Positions 40,614 to 51,564 are shown, counted from the stretch's first letter. The stretch is 64,000 nt of DNA from Candidatus Bathyarchaeota archaeon (GCA_963720565.1 CAVRFW010000005.1:288001-352000); one strand, 5' to 3'. Notes: generated by a model from the letters alone, not told the origin. Numbers and translations are program-made.

Positions 40614-41795
40614 TTGGGCAACAGGGCAGTGATAAAGTTCGGAGGAGCTGACCTCTCCACGGGAGAAAAAATCTCCAAAGCAGCAAAAATGGTCACTGAA
40701 GCACATTATGAAGAAATCATTGTTGTAGTCTCAGCCATTGGAAAAACAACCGACGACTTGCTCACTACTATGTCTCAAATAGACAATCTAAGCGATTCCG
40801 ACTATGCAGAAATAATTTCTATGGGAGAAAGATCAAGCGCACGCTTTTTCTGCTCTGCTCTTCGAGCTATAGGTGCGAAAGCGGAGCTTTTTGATCCATC
40901 CAATTCCAACTGGCCTTTGATAACTGACTCCAACTATCGTAATGCAAAACCAGACATTGAGAAAACCACCGCAGCGACGAAGGCTTTTCTAGTGCCTATT
41001 CTGGGAACAGCAATAGCAGTCGTATGTGGCTTCATTGGAAAAAACGAGAACGGCCGAATAACTTGCTTAGGAAGAGGAGGAAGCGACACAACCGCCTTAG
41101 TGCTGGCAAAATGTTCAGACGCGGACGAAGTGATTTTAGTGAAAGAAACAAGTGGTGTTCTCTCAGCCGACCCAAAAATCGTATCTAACGCCAGGTCTCT
41201 GTCCAAGATAGATATTCACGAAATGTTTGACCTTGCCCAAGGCGGTGCGAAAATCGTAAAGCCCGAAGCTCTGAGATACAAGCTCCCCAGTCAAACGCTT
41301 AGAGTAGTTGACTTCTCCTCGGGCAATCTTGCGGCAGGGGGTACCGAAGTAACAGGCTCTTTTGACCTTAACTCAGCCGAAATCAATAGTCTTCAAGGAC
41401 TATTGGCAATTAACGTGGTCTGTGAAGTTAAAGCAGAGAACCTCACAAAAGTTTTTTCTGCACTAAGCCCAAAACCTATCTACGGCGTTAGTTCAGGCAG
41501 AAAATCCATAACGGTTCTTACCTCGGATGGCAACGTCACTGAGGTCATACGTAAACTACATGACATAAAAGACTTCAAGGCGGTTAGCCACAGGGAAAAC
41601 GTGGCTATGCTGCAGATTAGTCATCCAGAGTTTGTTGATTCGCCCGGAGGAGTTGCAGCAATAAGCAATGCTCTTAGCAGAGAGGGTATCAACATAATCG
41701 AGGTAACTACCAGCAAGGCTACCATCAACGTTTTTATCGAGGAAAGTCAACTCAACAGAGCAAAGGAAGCGACAAGTTATGTCTTCGCATCGTAA
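40614..41795 (+). CDS. lysC: Aspartate kinase with ACT domain
   Basis: VIKFGG, VVVSA, LGRGGSDTTA, GVLSADP and a C-terminal ACT domain. Start TTG 40614. Confidence 0.88.
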   Translation: MGNRAVIKFGGADLSTGEKISKAAKMVTEAHYEEIIVVVSAIGKTTDDLLTTMSQIDNLSDSDYAEIISMGERSSARFFCSALRAIGAKAELFDPSNSNWPLITDSNYRNAKPDIEKTTAATKAFLVPILGTAIAVVCGFIGKNENGRITCLGRGGSDTTALVLAKCSDADEVILVKETSGVLSADPKIVSNARSLSKIDIHEMFDLAQGGAKIVKPEALRYKLPSQTLRVVDFSSGNLAAGGTEVTGSFDLNSAEINSLQGLLAINVVCEVKAENLTKVFSALSPKPIYGVSSGRKSITVLTSDGNVTEVIRKLHDIKDFKAVSHRENVAMLQISHPEFVDSPGGVAAISNALSREGINIIEVTTSKATINVFIEESQLNRAKEATSYVFAS

Positions 41796-42837
41796 AGTAG
41801 CCATAATAGGCGCCACAGGCGCTGTGGGTCAAAGGTTTATTCAGCTGTTACAGGGACACCCCTGGTTTCAGATTGAAGTGCTGGCGGCATCAGAGCGATC
41901 AGCTGGCAAGAAATACCGAGAAGCATGCAACTGGACCATGGAATCAAGCATGCCTCAAGAAATAGCCGAGATGTCGGTGGTTGATGCGAGCGTAGAAGCG
42001 GTAGCGTCAGCAGGAAACGTGGACTTGATTTTTTCAGCAATGCCAGGTGAGTTAGCCGGACCAGTTGAGAAAGAGTTTGCTGCACTTTATCCAGTTTTCA
42101 GCAAGGCAAGCGCTCACCGAATGGACAAGGATGTTCCATTGCTCATACCTGAAGTTAACCCTGGCCACTTAGCTCTTATTCCGATTCAACAAAAACATCG
42201 AGGTTGGAAAGGCTTCATCTCTACAGACCCCAACTGCAGCACGATCCAGCTTGTCATATCCCTAAAACCGCTCATGGATTTCGGGGTCAAACAAGTGATT
42301 GTTTCAACCATGCAAGCGCTAAGTGGCGCGGGATACCCAGGTGTGCCTTCACTAGACATAATCGATAATGTTGTTCCTTTCATCTCTAAAGAAGAAGAAA
42401 AGATGGAAATCGAAGCTCTGAAGTTGTTAGGCACTTTCGACGGTAATGCAGTTAGAAATGCGGACTTCCAGCTCAGCGCCAGCTGCAACAGGGTCCACGT
42501 TAAGGATGGGCACTTGGAATCGGTGTTCGTCAAGTTGGAAAGCGATCCCTCTATTGATCAGGTTGAAGAGACCTTCAGGAAATTCAGAGGAGAACCGCAG
42601 GAGCTTAAACTGCCCTCAGCACCAATAAACCCGATTGTGGTTAGAAAGGAGCAGAACAGACCGCAGCCGAGGTTTGACAGAGACGAGGGGAAGGGCATGA
42701 GCGTTGTGGTCGGCAGAATTCGAAAGGACCCAATAATGACGTTGAAGTACATGTGTCTTGGTCACAATACGATTCGTGGAGCTGCTGGAGCGGGCTTGCT
42801 CAGCGCTGAACTCGCGGTTGCCAAAGGAATAGCCTAA
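41779..42837 (+). CDS. asd: Aspartate-semialdehyde dehydrogenase (archaeal/fungal type)
   Basis: GATGAVGQRF, PNCST, QALSGAGYPG and HNTIRGAAG. Confidence 0.95.
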   Translation: MSSHRKVAIIGATGAVGQRFIQLLQGHPWFQIEVLAASERSAGKKYREACNWTMESSMPQEIAEMSVVDASVEAVASAGNVDLIFSAMPGELAGPVEKEFAALYPVFSKASAHRMDKDVPLLIPEVNPGHLALIPIQQKHRGWKGFISTDPNCSTIQLVISLKPLMDFGVKQVIVSTMQALSGAGYPGVPSLDIIDNVVPFISKEEEKMEIEALKLLGTFDGNAVRNADFQLSASCNRVHVKDGHLESVFVKLESDPSIDQVEETFRKFRGEPQELKLPSAPINPIVVRKEQNRPQPRFDRDEGKGMSVVVGRIRKDPIMTLKYMCLGHNTIRGAAGAGLLSAELAVAKGIA

Positions 42838-42884
42838 GAGAAAGGACTTCCAATCACACATTCGCAAAGGAGGAGAGCGTTGTA

Positions 42885-44171
42885 ATGAGTGAATTACAGA
42901 TGGTGCGTGAGCCAATGGAGAATCGAAATGGAACGCTTTACTTTGACGGCGTTTCCGTTAGTGAACTTGCTCAGAGGTTCGACACACCTCTGTATGTTAT
43001 CAGTGAGTCACGAATCAGAGAAAACTACCGGCGCCTCTACAATGTGCTAGCCAATAACTATAGAAAAATCCGGATTTTCTACGCGATGAAGGCAAATTCG
43101 AACCTGGAAGTCCTAAAAATCCTGAAAAAGGAAGGTGCATACGTGGATACGGTTAGCCCGGGAGAAGTGTTCACGGCATTGACAGCAGGTTTCCCTCCGG
43201 AGCACATCTTGTTTACAGGCACCAGTGTCAGAAACGACGAGTTGCGGTTTATTATTGACTCAAACGTTACCGTGAACGTTGATTCGCTTTCACAGCTAGA
43301 CAGATTGCTAAAGATGACTACGCCTAAGGTTTTGTCAGTACGGATTAATCCTGAAATTGGCGCAGGTCATCATAGTCACGTCATAACTGCAGGCAAAAAT
43401 TCGAAATTTGGCTTATGGGAAGATGATGCCCTTGCAGCATATGCTCAAGCTAAGAAGGCCGGTGTTGAAAGATTCGGGATACATATGCATGTAGGCTCCG
43501 GAGTCCTCAACGTTGAAGCCTTTCTCATGGCTCTTGACAAACTTCTGAGCATAGCTCGAAAGGTCCACGATAAGATTGGAATAGACTTTGAGTTTATTGA
43601 CGTAGGAGGGGGACTCGGAGTTCCATACAAACCTGCAGAGAACGAGTTAGATCTAAAATTGTTCGGTGACGAGGTACTTTCACTGTTCAAGAACAAAATT
43701 GCAGAGTATGGTTTTGAAGAACCAACGTTCTGCATAGAACCTGGCCGGTACCTTGTCAGCGATGCAAGCATTCTATTGACTACAGTTAACACAGTAAAAA
43801 CCACGCCATTCAAGAAATTTGTAGGAATCGACGCTGGATTCAACACGCTAGTCAGGCCGACTATGTATGGGTCTTATCATCACATTTTAGTTGCAAATAG
43901 GTTGGGGGCTCCAGACGAAGAAGTATACGATGTTGTTGGGCCGATTTGCGAGTCAGGAGACGCGTTGGCAAAGGACAGACTATTACCCAAGGTCGAGGAG
44001 GGTGACCTGCTGGCAGTGCTGAACGCTGGGGCTTATGGGTTTGCCATGAGTTCACAATACAACTCCCGACCGAGAGCTGCGGAAGTATTGGTTAAGGATG
44101 GCGAGTATAGACTGGTTAGGGAGCGTGAACGATTTGAAGATTTGTTGTCTGGACAACGAAAAGCGGAGTGA
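42885..44171 (+). CDS. lysA: Diaminopimelate decarboxylase
   Basis: YAMKANSN, SKFG, HMHVGS, IEPGRY, GPICESGD and GAYGFAMSSQYN. Confidence 0.95.
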   Translation: MSELQMVREPMENRNGTLYFDGVSVSELAQRFDTPLYVISESRIRENYRRLYNVLANNYRKIRIFYAMKANSNLEVLKILKKEGAYVDTVSPGEVFTALTAGFPPEHILFTGTSVRNDELRFIIDSNVTVNVDSLSQLDRLLKMTTPKVLSVRINPEIGAGHHSHVITAGKNSKFGLWEDDALAAYAQAKKAGVERFGIHMHVGSGVLNVEAFLMALDKLLSIARKVHDKIGIDFEFIDVGGGLGVPYKPAENELDLKLFGDEVLSLFKNKIAEYGFEEPTFCIEPGRYLVSDASILLTTVNTVKTTPFKKFVGIDAGFNTLVRPTMYGSYHHILVANRLGAPDEEVYDVVGPICESGDALAKDRLLPKVEEGDLLAVLNAGAYGFAMSSQYNSRPRAAEVLVKDGEYRLVRERERFEDLLSGQRKAE

Positions 44172-44174
44172 GCA

Positions 44175-45003
44175 ATGATGATGTTTTGGAAGATGCATGG
44201 TTTAGGTAACGATTATGTGGTAATGGACAATCGAGATGGAAAAATTGTTGGTGCAGCGGCTACTGAACTAGCTCGGAAGCTCTGTGAAAGAAGATTCTCG
44301 ATAGGGGCAGATGGGCTTCTTCTTGTTTCCAATTCGTCGGTCGCGGATGTGAAGATGCGGATTTTCAACGCCGACGGGAGCGAGGCTGAGATGTGCGGTA
44401 ATGGTATCCGCTGTTTGGCCAAGTACTGCTTTGAGAACAACATAACCCGAGCAGTTGATTTTAGAGTGGAAACTTTGGCTGGTATAAAACGCGTGTGGTT
44501 AACTGTGGAAAACGGGCAGGTTAAGTCAGTCAAAGTCGACATGGGACTACCGATCTTGGAGCGTGGCAAAATCCCAATGCTCGGAGATGGAAACTGCGTA
44601 AACGAGGACCTGCTGGTCAACGGAGAAAACTACAAAGTAACCTGTCTATCCGTTGGCAACCCGCACTGCGTCGTATTTGTCGATAACGTGGACAGTTTTC
44701 CGGTGCAAACTATTGGTCCAAAACTCGAAAATCATCCTCTTTTTCCTAAACGAACAAATGTGGAGTTCGTGCAAATTCTGAACAACCACGAGATGAAAGT
44801 TCGAGTTTGGGAGAGAGGTTGCGGCGAGACGTTGGCTTGTGGCACAGGGGCTTGCGCATCGACCGTTGCTGGAAAATTAACCCGAAAGATTTCTAGGTAC
44901 AGTTGTGGTCCACTTGTTAGGGGGAGATTTGGAGGTGGAGTACAACAACCGGATATTTCTTAGTGGTCCCGCTGAAAAGGTCTTTGAGGGAACACTTTTC
45001 TGA
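44175..45003 (+). CDS. dapF: Diaminopimelate epimerase (apparent frameshift near 44896)
   Basis: KMHGLGNDY, EMCGNG, GNPH and ERGCGETLACGTG. The shifted frame continues VHLLGGDLEV...SGPAEKVFEGTLF* to 45003. Confidence 0.92.
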
Positions 45004-45028
45004 GAAAAAATGGATGTGATACGCAAAT

Positions 45029-46189
45029 ATGAGCTTTGAGTTTGCTGATAGGGTGAAACGGCTTCCTCCATATTTGTTCGCTGAGATAGAAAAAGCCATG
45101 AAAGAAAAGAAGGCTCAAGGTGCTGATCTTATCTCCTTGAGCATAGGTGACCCTGATCTTCCGCCGCCCCCATTCATTATTGCTGCCCTTGAAGAAGAAG
45201 TCGCGAATTTGAAAAATCATAACTATTCCTTCAGTCAGGGTGAACCCGGCTTTAGGCAAGCGGTTGCTGATTGGTACAAAAGAAGGTTCAACGTGGATCT
45301 GAACCAGGATGAGGTTATTGCACTTATGGGCTCAAAGGAAGGGTTGGCCAACGTTGCCAGGGCTTTCGTTAACTCTGGAGATCGTGTGCTTGTGCCTGAC
45401 CCGAGCTATCCAGTTTACAACAACGCCAGCACCATTCTCAACGAGGCAATGGCCGTTTCAATGCCGTTGCTTAGAGAAAACGGTTTCAAACCGGACTTTG
45501 AAGCGCTGCAGACTGAAAGGGTTAAAATGATGTTCCTCAACTACCCGAATAACCCGACAAGTGCTACTGTGGACAAGAATTTCCTGAAGGATGTCGTGGA
45601 GTTCGCGAGGAAAAACCACATTATTCTTTGCTACGACAACGCATATTCAGAGACAACCTTCGACGGGTACAAAGCTCCCAGCATATTGGAGATTGATGGT
45701 GCCATGGATGTCGCTATCGAGTTCAATTCTTGCTCGAAGACTTTTAACATGACGGGCGACCGCATCGCATTTGCCGTTGGAAACAAGCAACTGATAAGTG
45801 GACTCACGAAGATCAAGTCGCAGGTAGATTCTGGACCGCCCGTTTATACACAAAACGTCGCTGTTAAAGCCTTGGACAGCTACAAGAGTGATGAGCAGCC
45901 TGAGTTTCTGAAGAAGAACAATAGGGTTTATGCAGAACGTCGTGACCTGCTTGTCAGCCGTCTACACGCTATGGGATTTCCGTGTGACAAACCTAAAGCC
46001 ACTTTCTATGTATGGGCGAACTGCAAGGGCGATTCAATCGAGTTTGCTGCTAAATTGCTCAGCATCGGCGTAGTGGTTACACCCGGCATTGGCTTTGGAG
46101 AGCACGGGGAAGGTTATGTGCGATTTGCCTTAACCCAGCCCAGAGAACGAATAGAAGAAGCCTGCAAGAGGATAAGCGCACTTTTTTAA
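45029..46189 (+). CDS. dapL: LL-diaminopimelate aminotransferase
   Basis: LPPYLFAEI, IGDPD, GSKEG, NYPNNPT and SKTFNMTG. Last gene of the dap operon. Confidence 0.82.
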   Translation: MSFEFADRVKRLPPYLFAEIEKAMKEKKAQGADLISLSIGDPDLPPPPFIIAALEEEVANLKNHNYSFSQGEPGFRQAVADWYKRRFNVDLNQDEVIALMGSKEGLANVARAFVNSGDRVLVPDPSYPVYNNASTILNEAMAVSMPLLRENGFKPDFEALQTERVKMMFLNYPNNPTSATVDKNFLKDVVEFARKNHIILCYDNAYSETTFDGYKAPSILEIDGAMDVAIEFNSCSKTFNMTGDRIAFAVGNKQLISGLTKIKSQVDSGPPVYTQNVAVKALDSYKSDEQPEFLKKNNRVYAERRDLLVSRLHAMGFPCDKPKATFYVWANCKGDSIEFAAKLLSIGVVVTPGIGFGEHGEGYVRFALTQPRERIEEACKRISALF

Positions 46190-46253
46190 ATAAACGTAAC
46201 TTGCGGAAAGCAATAACGAAAAAAAGTGAGGATAAGCGGCAGTTTCATCGTGG

Positions 46254-47189
46254 CTATTTTGCTGCTGCTTTCGCTAGTTTCTTAAGAACTGCGGTTTTTC
46301 CTATTTCGTAAGCTACTGCGTAGTCAAAAAGCCCCTGCGGCTCCATCGTCGCTCGCTTGATCATTTCCATTTCAATCTTGATTTTCAACTTGCCAATAGC
46401 TAACGCGCCTATTCCGTAAACTCCAGGCCGGAGTTCTTTTCCTTCATCGTTTGAAGCGAGACCTTCAACGCCAAGCGGTTTAATTGCGTTGACATCGGCA
46501 ACTATTTTGCATTTTTCGCCGTGCTTGTCAATGTTTTCAGCTGAGAGCAGTTGGATTCCGCCTGCGCCAGCAGCAAGAATAATCTCTGCATTCTGAATGG
46601 CTGTTCCTGTTTGTTCTGGATTAGTAACTTCGACTACTTTGACACGTTCAGCACCAACTTCCTTGTTTATCTTCGCAGCTACTGCTTGACCTTTAGCCAT
46701 TGAGCGGCTGGTGATTGTAACATTAGCTTTTTCTGAAGCGTAGAGTTTGGCTGCTATTTGTCCGACTGGTCCTGTTCCTGCAAGTACAGTTACGTTCTTG
46801 CCTTCCAAGCTGCCGAGGCCTTTTTCAAGAGCCATACCGAGCGTCTTTGCCACTGCGGACGCTGCTGTTGAGTATGCACCGCGTGGATCAACGATTATCG
46901 AGTTTCCCCATGGGGCTGACGCCATGCATTTTTGTGTTGCGGCAACCACTTCTGCTACCGTGTCAAAATTGCTTCCGTTGATGAATATTTTAGTGTGTTT
47001 CGCACCTTCAGGTCCTCTCGGGAACAAAGCATCGAACACGATTCTTGCAGCATCTTCGCCTGTTACGTTCTCATATTTGAAAATCGTAGAGTCCGGGAAT
47101 GCGTCTACTGCCACGAGCATGTCAAATGGGCTACAGTACTTATCTGTGTCTAGGAAAACGAAGACTGTTTTGAATTTTGGTTCTGTCAA
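46254..47189 (-). CDS. NAD(P)-dependent methylene-tetrahydromethanopterin dehydrogenase-like (MtdB/MtdA family)
   Basis: SPFDMLVAVDA, FPRGP, DPRGAYSTAAS, GTGPVG, DVNAIKPLGVEG and IGALAIG. Confidence 0.82.
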   Translation of the reverse strand: MTEPKFKTVFVFLDTDKYCSPFDMLVAVDAFPDSTIFKYENVTGEDAARIVFDALFPRGPEGAKHTKIFINGSNFDTVAEVVAATQKCMASAPWGNSIIVDPRGAYSTAASAVAKTLGMALEKGLGSLEGKNVTVLAGTGPVGQIAAKLYASEKANVTITSRSMAKGQAVAAKINKEVGAERVKVVEVTNPEQTGTAIQNAEIILAAGAGGIQLLSAENIDKHGEKCKIVADVNAIKPLGVEGLASNDEGKELRPGVYGIGALAIGKLKIKIEMEMIKRATMEPQGLFDYAVAYEIGKTAVLKKLAKAAAK

Positions 47190-47363
47190 ACCTTAACACC
47201 TAACTTGTCTCTGAATGCAGTTTAACCATTTAAGAATTATCGCTTCAAAAACACTGTTGAGACCTACTGAAATCACAATTCAACATGCCAAGGCTGCTGA
47301 CCACAATTGTTTAATAATCTAATCCACAGAAATCTAAACACATCCAACAAAGAGGACAAACCA

Positions 47364-48407
47364 GTGACATTTAATAAGATTCTCGAACAGCTTTCCAACG
47401 CCTGCGGAGTAACGGGAAGAGAAGAAGAAATCAGAAACCTGCTGATTGAACAGATGAAACCGTACGCAGACGAAATAATTGTGGACAATTTTGACAACGT
47501 TATTGCCGTGAAAAAAGGTAAAACAGGCTCGCCAAAAGTGATGCTTGCAGCTCACATGGACGAAATCGGCTTAATGGTGAAAACAATCAACAAGGAGGGT
47601 TTTCTACAGTTCGCCAAAATGGGCGGCATTGACGATCGCATACTCTTGGCCCAAAAAGTAATAGTCTACACAAAGAAAGGGCCTCTCCAAGGAATAATTG
47701 GCTCAAAACCGCCCCACATACAGAAAGAGGAGGAACGTAAGAAGATTGTTGCCTACGACGAACTGTTCATTGATGTAGGGGCTGAAAGCCGTGAAGGGGC
47801 AAATACAATGGGCGTAGCCGTAGGTGATCCGATAGGCTTTGATGTAAAATACTCCCAAATAGGCAAAGACACCGTCATTGGAAAAGCATTTGATAACCGT
47901 GCAGGTTGTGCGGTTATGGTTGAAACCCTGAAACAGTTGAAAGAAACAGAATGTACTGTGTTCGCTGTGGGAACTGTCCAAGAAGAAGTGGGATTGAGAG
48001 GCGCGGGAACCGCTGCTTTCCGTTTAGACCCTGATGTTGCCCTAGCTTTAGACGTTACAGTTGCAGGAGATGTCCCGGGTGTACGAGAATTTGACACCAC
48101 GGTAAAGATGGGGAAAGGTCCAGCTATCACGATTTCAGACTCTGGATTAATTGCACATCCAAAAGTCCTGCGTTGGCTCCGCGAAGTTGCTGAAGAAACA
48201 AAGATTCCCTACCAGCTTGAAACTGGACTGCTCGGAACTACGGACGCAGCACGCATCTCGCTTACTAGACAAGGAATCCCAAGTGGCACAATTTGCATTG
48301 GAACGCGCTATATTCACAGTCCAGTGTCAATGCTTAATCTTAGAGATGCAGAAAACTCGGTAAAGCTAACCACAGCAGCAATCCGGAAGATCAAAAACTA
48401 CTTCTAA
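47364..48407 (+). CDS. M42 family (TET) aminopeptidase
   Basis: AAHMDEIG, KAFDNRAG, QEEVGLRGA, ALDVT, GTTDA and RYIHSP. Start GTG 47364. Confidence 0.92.
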   Translation: MTFNKILEQLSNACGVTGREEEIRNLLIEQMKPYADEIIVDNFDNVIAVKKGKTGSPKVMLAAHMDEIGLMVKTINKEGFLQFAKMGGIDDRILLAQKVIVYTKKGPLQGIIGSKPPHIQKEEERKKIVAYDELFIDVGAESREGANTMGVAVGDPIGFDVKYSQIGKDTVIGKAFDNRAGCAVMVETLKQLKETECTVFAVGTVQEEVGLRGAGTAAFRLDPDVALALDVTVAGDVPGVREFDTTVKMGKGPAITISDSGLIAHPKVLRWLREVAEETKIPYQLETGLLGTTDAARISLTRQGIPSGTICIGTRYIHSPVSMLNLRDAENSVKLTTAAIRKIKNYF

Positions 48408-48425
48408 AGGCTCCTAAAGAAACTG

Positions 48426-48447
48426 AGACGCATGAAATTATGCGTCT
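48426..48447. terminator. Hairpin downstream of the M42 gene (terminator or operator)
   Basis: AGACGCAT-gaaatt-ATGCGTCT is a perfect 8-bp inverted repeat about 20 bp after the stop. Confidence 0.4.
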
Positions 48448-48534
48448 TCCCCAAGTCCTCTGAAACCCAGCGGAATGGGCATAACGAAACTGTTTTTAGA
48501 TCTGCTCGAGTATTAGCTATTTGGCTTTGAAAAT

Positions 48535-48972
48535 ATGGATAAGATGGGAAGATACGAGTATCTGGAACACACCGCTGATGTTTACATAGCCGCGCACGGT
48601 AAAACTCTCATTGAGGCGTTTGAAAACGCTGCACTGGCGATGTTTGAAGCTATGACAGACACGGATAAGGTTGGCCAGATCGAGAAAGAAACAGTGGAAG
48701 TTGAAGCAGAAGACGAGTATGCTCTTCTCTACAACTGGCTCGAAGCTTTACTAGTGAAGTTTGAAACTAAAAACACGCTTTTCTCCAAATTTTGCATCTC
48801 AAGTTATGAAGAGAATAATGACGGTTTCAAAATCAAAGCTACCGCGTGGGGTGAAAAGTTTGATCCTGAAAAGCATGTGCAGAAAGTTGCAGTTAAAGCA
48901 GCCACATACCATCGGATGGAGATAATCCAAGAAATAGAGAAAGCCACTGTGGAGTTTATTCTCGACATCTAA
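48535..48972 (+). CDS. Archease
   Basis: YEYLEHTADV, VKAATYH and terminal FILDI. Confidence 0.93.
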   Translation: MDKMGRYEYLEHTADVYIAAHGKTLIEAFENAALAMFEAMTDTDKVGQIEKETVEVEAEDEYALLYNWLEALLVKFETKNTLFSKFCISSYEENNDGFKIKATAWGEKFDPEKHVQKVAVKAATYHRMEIIQEIEKATVEFILDI

Positions 48973-49622
48973 GACAAATTCAGCTTTCTAAGATCCTTCA
49001 AGATGGCGTCCACAATAGTCTCTGGTGGTGTATCCAGCTCGTCACAGCTTGCCACGACAAAAGCCACATCTCCTTCTCTGAAAAACTGCAGGATAGGTTT
49101 AGTCTGTTCTTCGTAAACTCCAATACGTTTCTTTATGACCTCTGGTGTATCGTCAGATCGTTGATATAACGGTCCTCCGCACTTGTCGCAAATCATATCG
49201 ACCTTGGGCTTCAGGAAACGTGTGTTGTAGACGTCCCCACAGTTTTTGCATATTCTGCGCGTAGACAAGCGTTCTATGATTATCCAGTCTGGAACGGTCA
49301 AGAGAATAACTACGTCTATTTTGGTTACTTTCTTTAGAGCTTTAGCTTGTTCTACGGTGCGCGGATAACCGTCAAGGATGAAACCTTTTCCTTTGGGAAG
49401 GCTTGCTAACCGTTTTTTCAGCACTTCTGTGACGATTTTGTCTGGAACAAGCAACCCGTTTTCTACGTAGCCCTTAACCTTCTTTCCCAACGCTGTCTCT
49501 TGTTTCATGATGTCTCGGAAAATATCGCCCATAGCAATTACTTCTACGCCGAGCTTTGCCTGCAATCTTGTGGCGTATGTGCCTTTTCCGGCGCCTGGCG
49601 CTCCAAAAATAATCCCTTTCAT
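48969..49622 (-). CDS. adk: Adenylate kinase (bacterial-type, Zn-LID)
   Basis: GAPGAGKGT, LDGYPRT, CKNC...CDKC and QRSDD. Confidence 0.92.
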   Translation of the reverse strand: MKGIIFGAPGAGKGTYATRLQAKLGVEVIAMGDIFRDIMKQETALGKKVKGYVENGLLVPDKIVTEVLKKRLASLPKGKGFILDGYPRTVEQAKALKKVTKIDVVILLTVPDWIIIERLSTRRICKNCGDVYNTRFLKPKVDMICDKCGGPLYQRSDDTPEVIKKRIGVYEEQTKPILQFFREGDVAFVVASCDELDTPPETIVDAILKDLRKLNLS

Positions 49623-49866
49623 TTCTTTTTCCCAGCTAGCCTGTTAAAAAGAGAATTCTTGCGTAATTAAGTTTTTGTGCGCTTATTATGGGCAAGAATC
49701 AATGGAGAATAGTAACCGCACGCGCAAAGGGCATCTTCAGTTTGAATGGAGAAAACACGATTAGCTCATGAGGCTTAATCGCATCTGCGGAAGGAACCCC
49801 AGAGGTAGTTTGTGCTCAAAACTGTTTTATATCTATCTTCGTTTCTTTGTTTGAAGGCTGAAGTTA

Positions 49867-51346
49867 ATGGGTGAAGGAGAAGGGCGTTCATCGCCAGAAA
49901 GAATTCCTTTGGAGAAATTGAATGATTACTCATGGCGTATCCCGAAATATAGACCAGGAATGTTTGTTCCAGGCATGATTTTCGCCAATGAAGCATTGTT
50001 GACGAAGATGCAAACTGATAGAACCCTTTGGCAGTGTGCTAACGTGGCGCATTTGCCGGGCATCTACAAACATGCTATTACTTTGCCGGATGGCCATGAA
50101 GGCTATGGTTTTCCGATAGGCGGCGTGGCCGCAACTGATTACGAGAAAGGTGTTATCAGTCCAGGAGGCGTAGGTTACGATATTAACTGTGGTGTTCGTC
50201 TCCTTAACAACGAGTTTGTCTGAGAAAGATGTGCGTCCCAGACTTGCCCAGTTGGCGGGTGCTATCTTTGAGAATGTTCCATCTGGTTTAGGTAGTCGTC
50301 GTAAAGACTTCAAGTTTAGCTCCAGCGACTTGGATAGGTTGGTGGTTGAGGGTTCGCATTGGCTTATCGACCGCGGGTTTGGTTGGCCTGAGGATGCTGA
50401 GCATTGCGAGGAAGGGGGATGCATGAAAAATGCTGATCCTGATATGGTTTCTATGACTGCTAAGAACAGGGGTTTAACTCAGATCGGCACTTTGGGTTCA
50501 GGCAATCACTTCTTGGAGGTTCAAAGAGTCGACAAGATTTTCGATTCGAGTACAGCGAAGGTTTTCGGGATTGAACATGAAGGGCAGGTTACGGTGATGA
50601 TTCACTGTGGCTCGCGAGGTTATGGGCACCAGGTGTGTTCTGACTATTTGAGGATAATGGAGCATGCAGTGCAGAAATACAAAATCTCCCTGCCAGATAG
50701 GGAGTTGGCTTGTGCTCCTGGGAATAGTAACGAAGCGAAAGAGTATTTTCAGGCAATGTCGTGTGCAGTTAATTACGCTTTCTCAAATAGACAGGCTATT
50801 ACTCATTGGGTTAGGCAGAGTTTTCAACAGGTTTATCGTGAGGAACCTGAAAAAATGGGGTTGAAGCTGGTTTACGATGTGGCGCACAACATAGCCAAGG
50901 TGGAAACACACAATACTGATGAAGGAGCGAAGAAGGTGTGGGTTCACCGGAAAGGTGCGACGCGGGCTTTTCCGCCCGGAAGCGTTGAGGTCCCGTCTGA
51001 TTATCGTTCGAAAGGACAGCCTGTGCTTATACCAGGTAGTATGGGCACTAGCAGTTGGGTTCTAGTAGGCTCAAACAAAGCTATGGAGTTGACTTTTGGG
51101 TCAACAGCGCATGGTGCAGGCAGGATGATGAGTCGGTCAGCCGCGAAGCGCAAATGGTGGGGCGGAGACATAAAATCTGGTTTGGAGAAGCGGGGAATCG
51201 TGGTTCGTGCCGCGAGCACAGTTGTGTTAGCTGAGGAAGCTGACTCTGCGTACAAGGATGTTGATGTTGTCACAGAAGTAAGTGATCAACTAGGGATTGC
51301 CACAAAGGTTGCAAGGCTTGTTCCATTGGCTGTAATCAAGGGTTAA
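49867..51346 (+). CDS. rtcB: tRNA-splicing ligase RtcB (apparent frameshift near 50202)
   Basis: [14 protein letters not shown] and GYDINCGVR, then in the shifted frame [28 protein letters not shown] and HGAGR. Confidence 0.95.
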
Positions 51347-51366
51347 AAGCTGCTACGGTGATGTGA

Positions 51367-51564
51367 ATGGTTGCCGAATACGGTTCAGGGTCTATTCGTA
51401 AGAAAAAGAATATCGTTGGCGTGGTCGCTATTGCCCTTTTGTTGCTTTTCACCGCTCTGGCTATTGCTCGCGTTCTATCCTTTGTGGAGTGGATAATTGC
51501 GGATTTGGTTGTGGCAGTAGTTGCAAATCTAATCCTGAAAACAATAGGGAAGCAAAGGCAATAG
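51367..51564 (+). CDS. Small two-TM membrane protein
   Basis: Basic N-terminus plus two hydrophobic helices. GGTGAT SD-like sequence upstream. Confidence 0.6.
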   Translation: MVAEYGSGSIRKKKNIVGVVAIALLLLFTALAIARVLSFVEWIIADLVVAVVANLILKTIGKQRQ

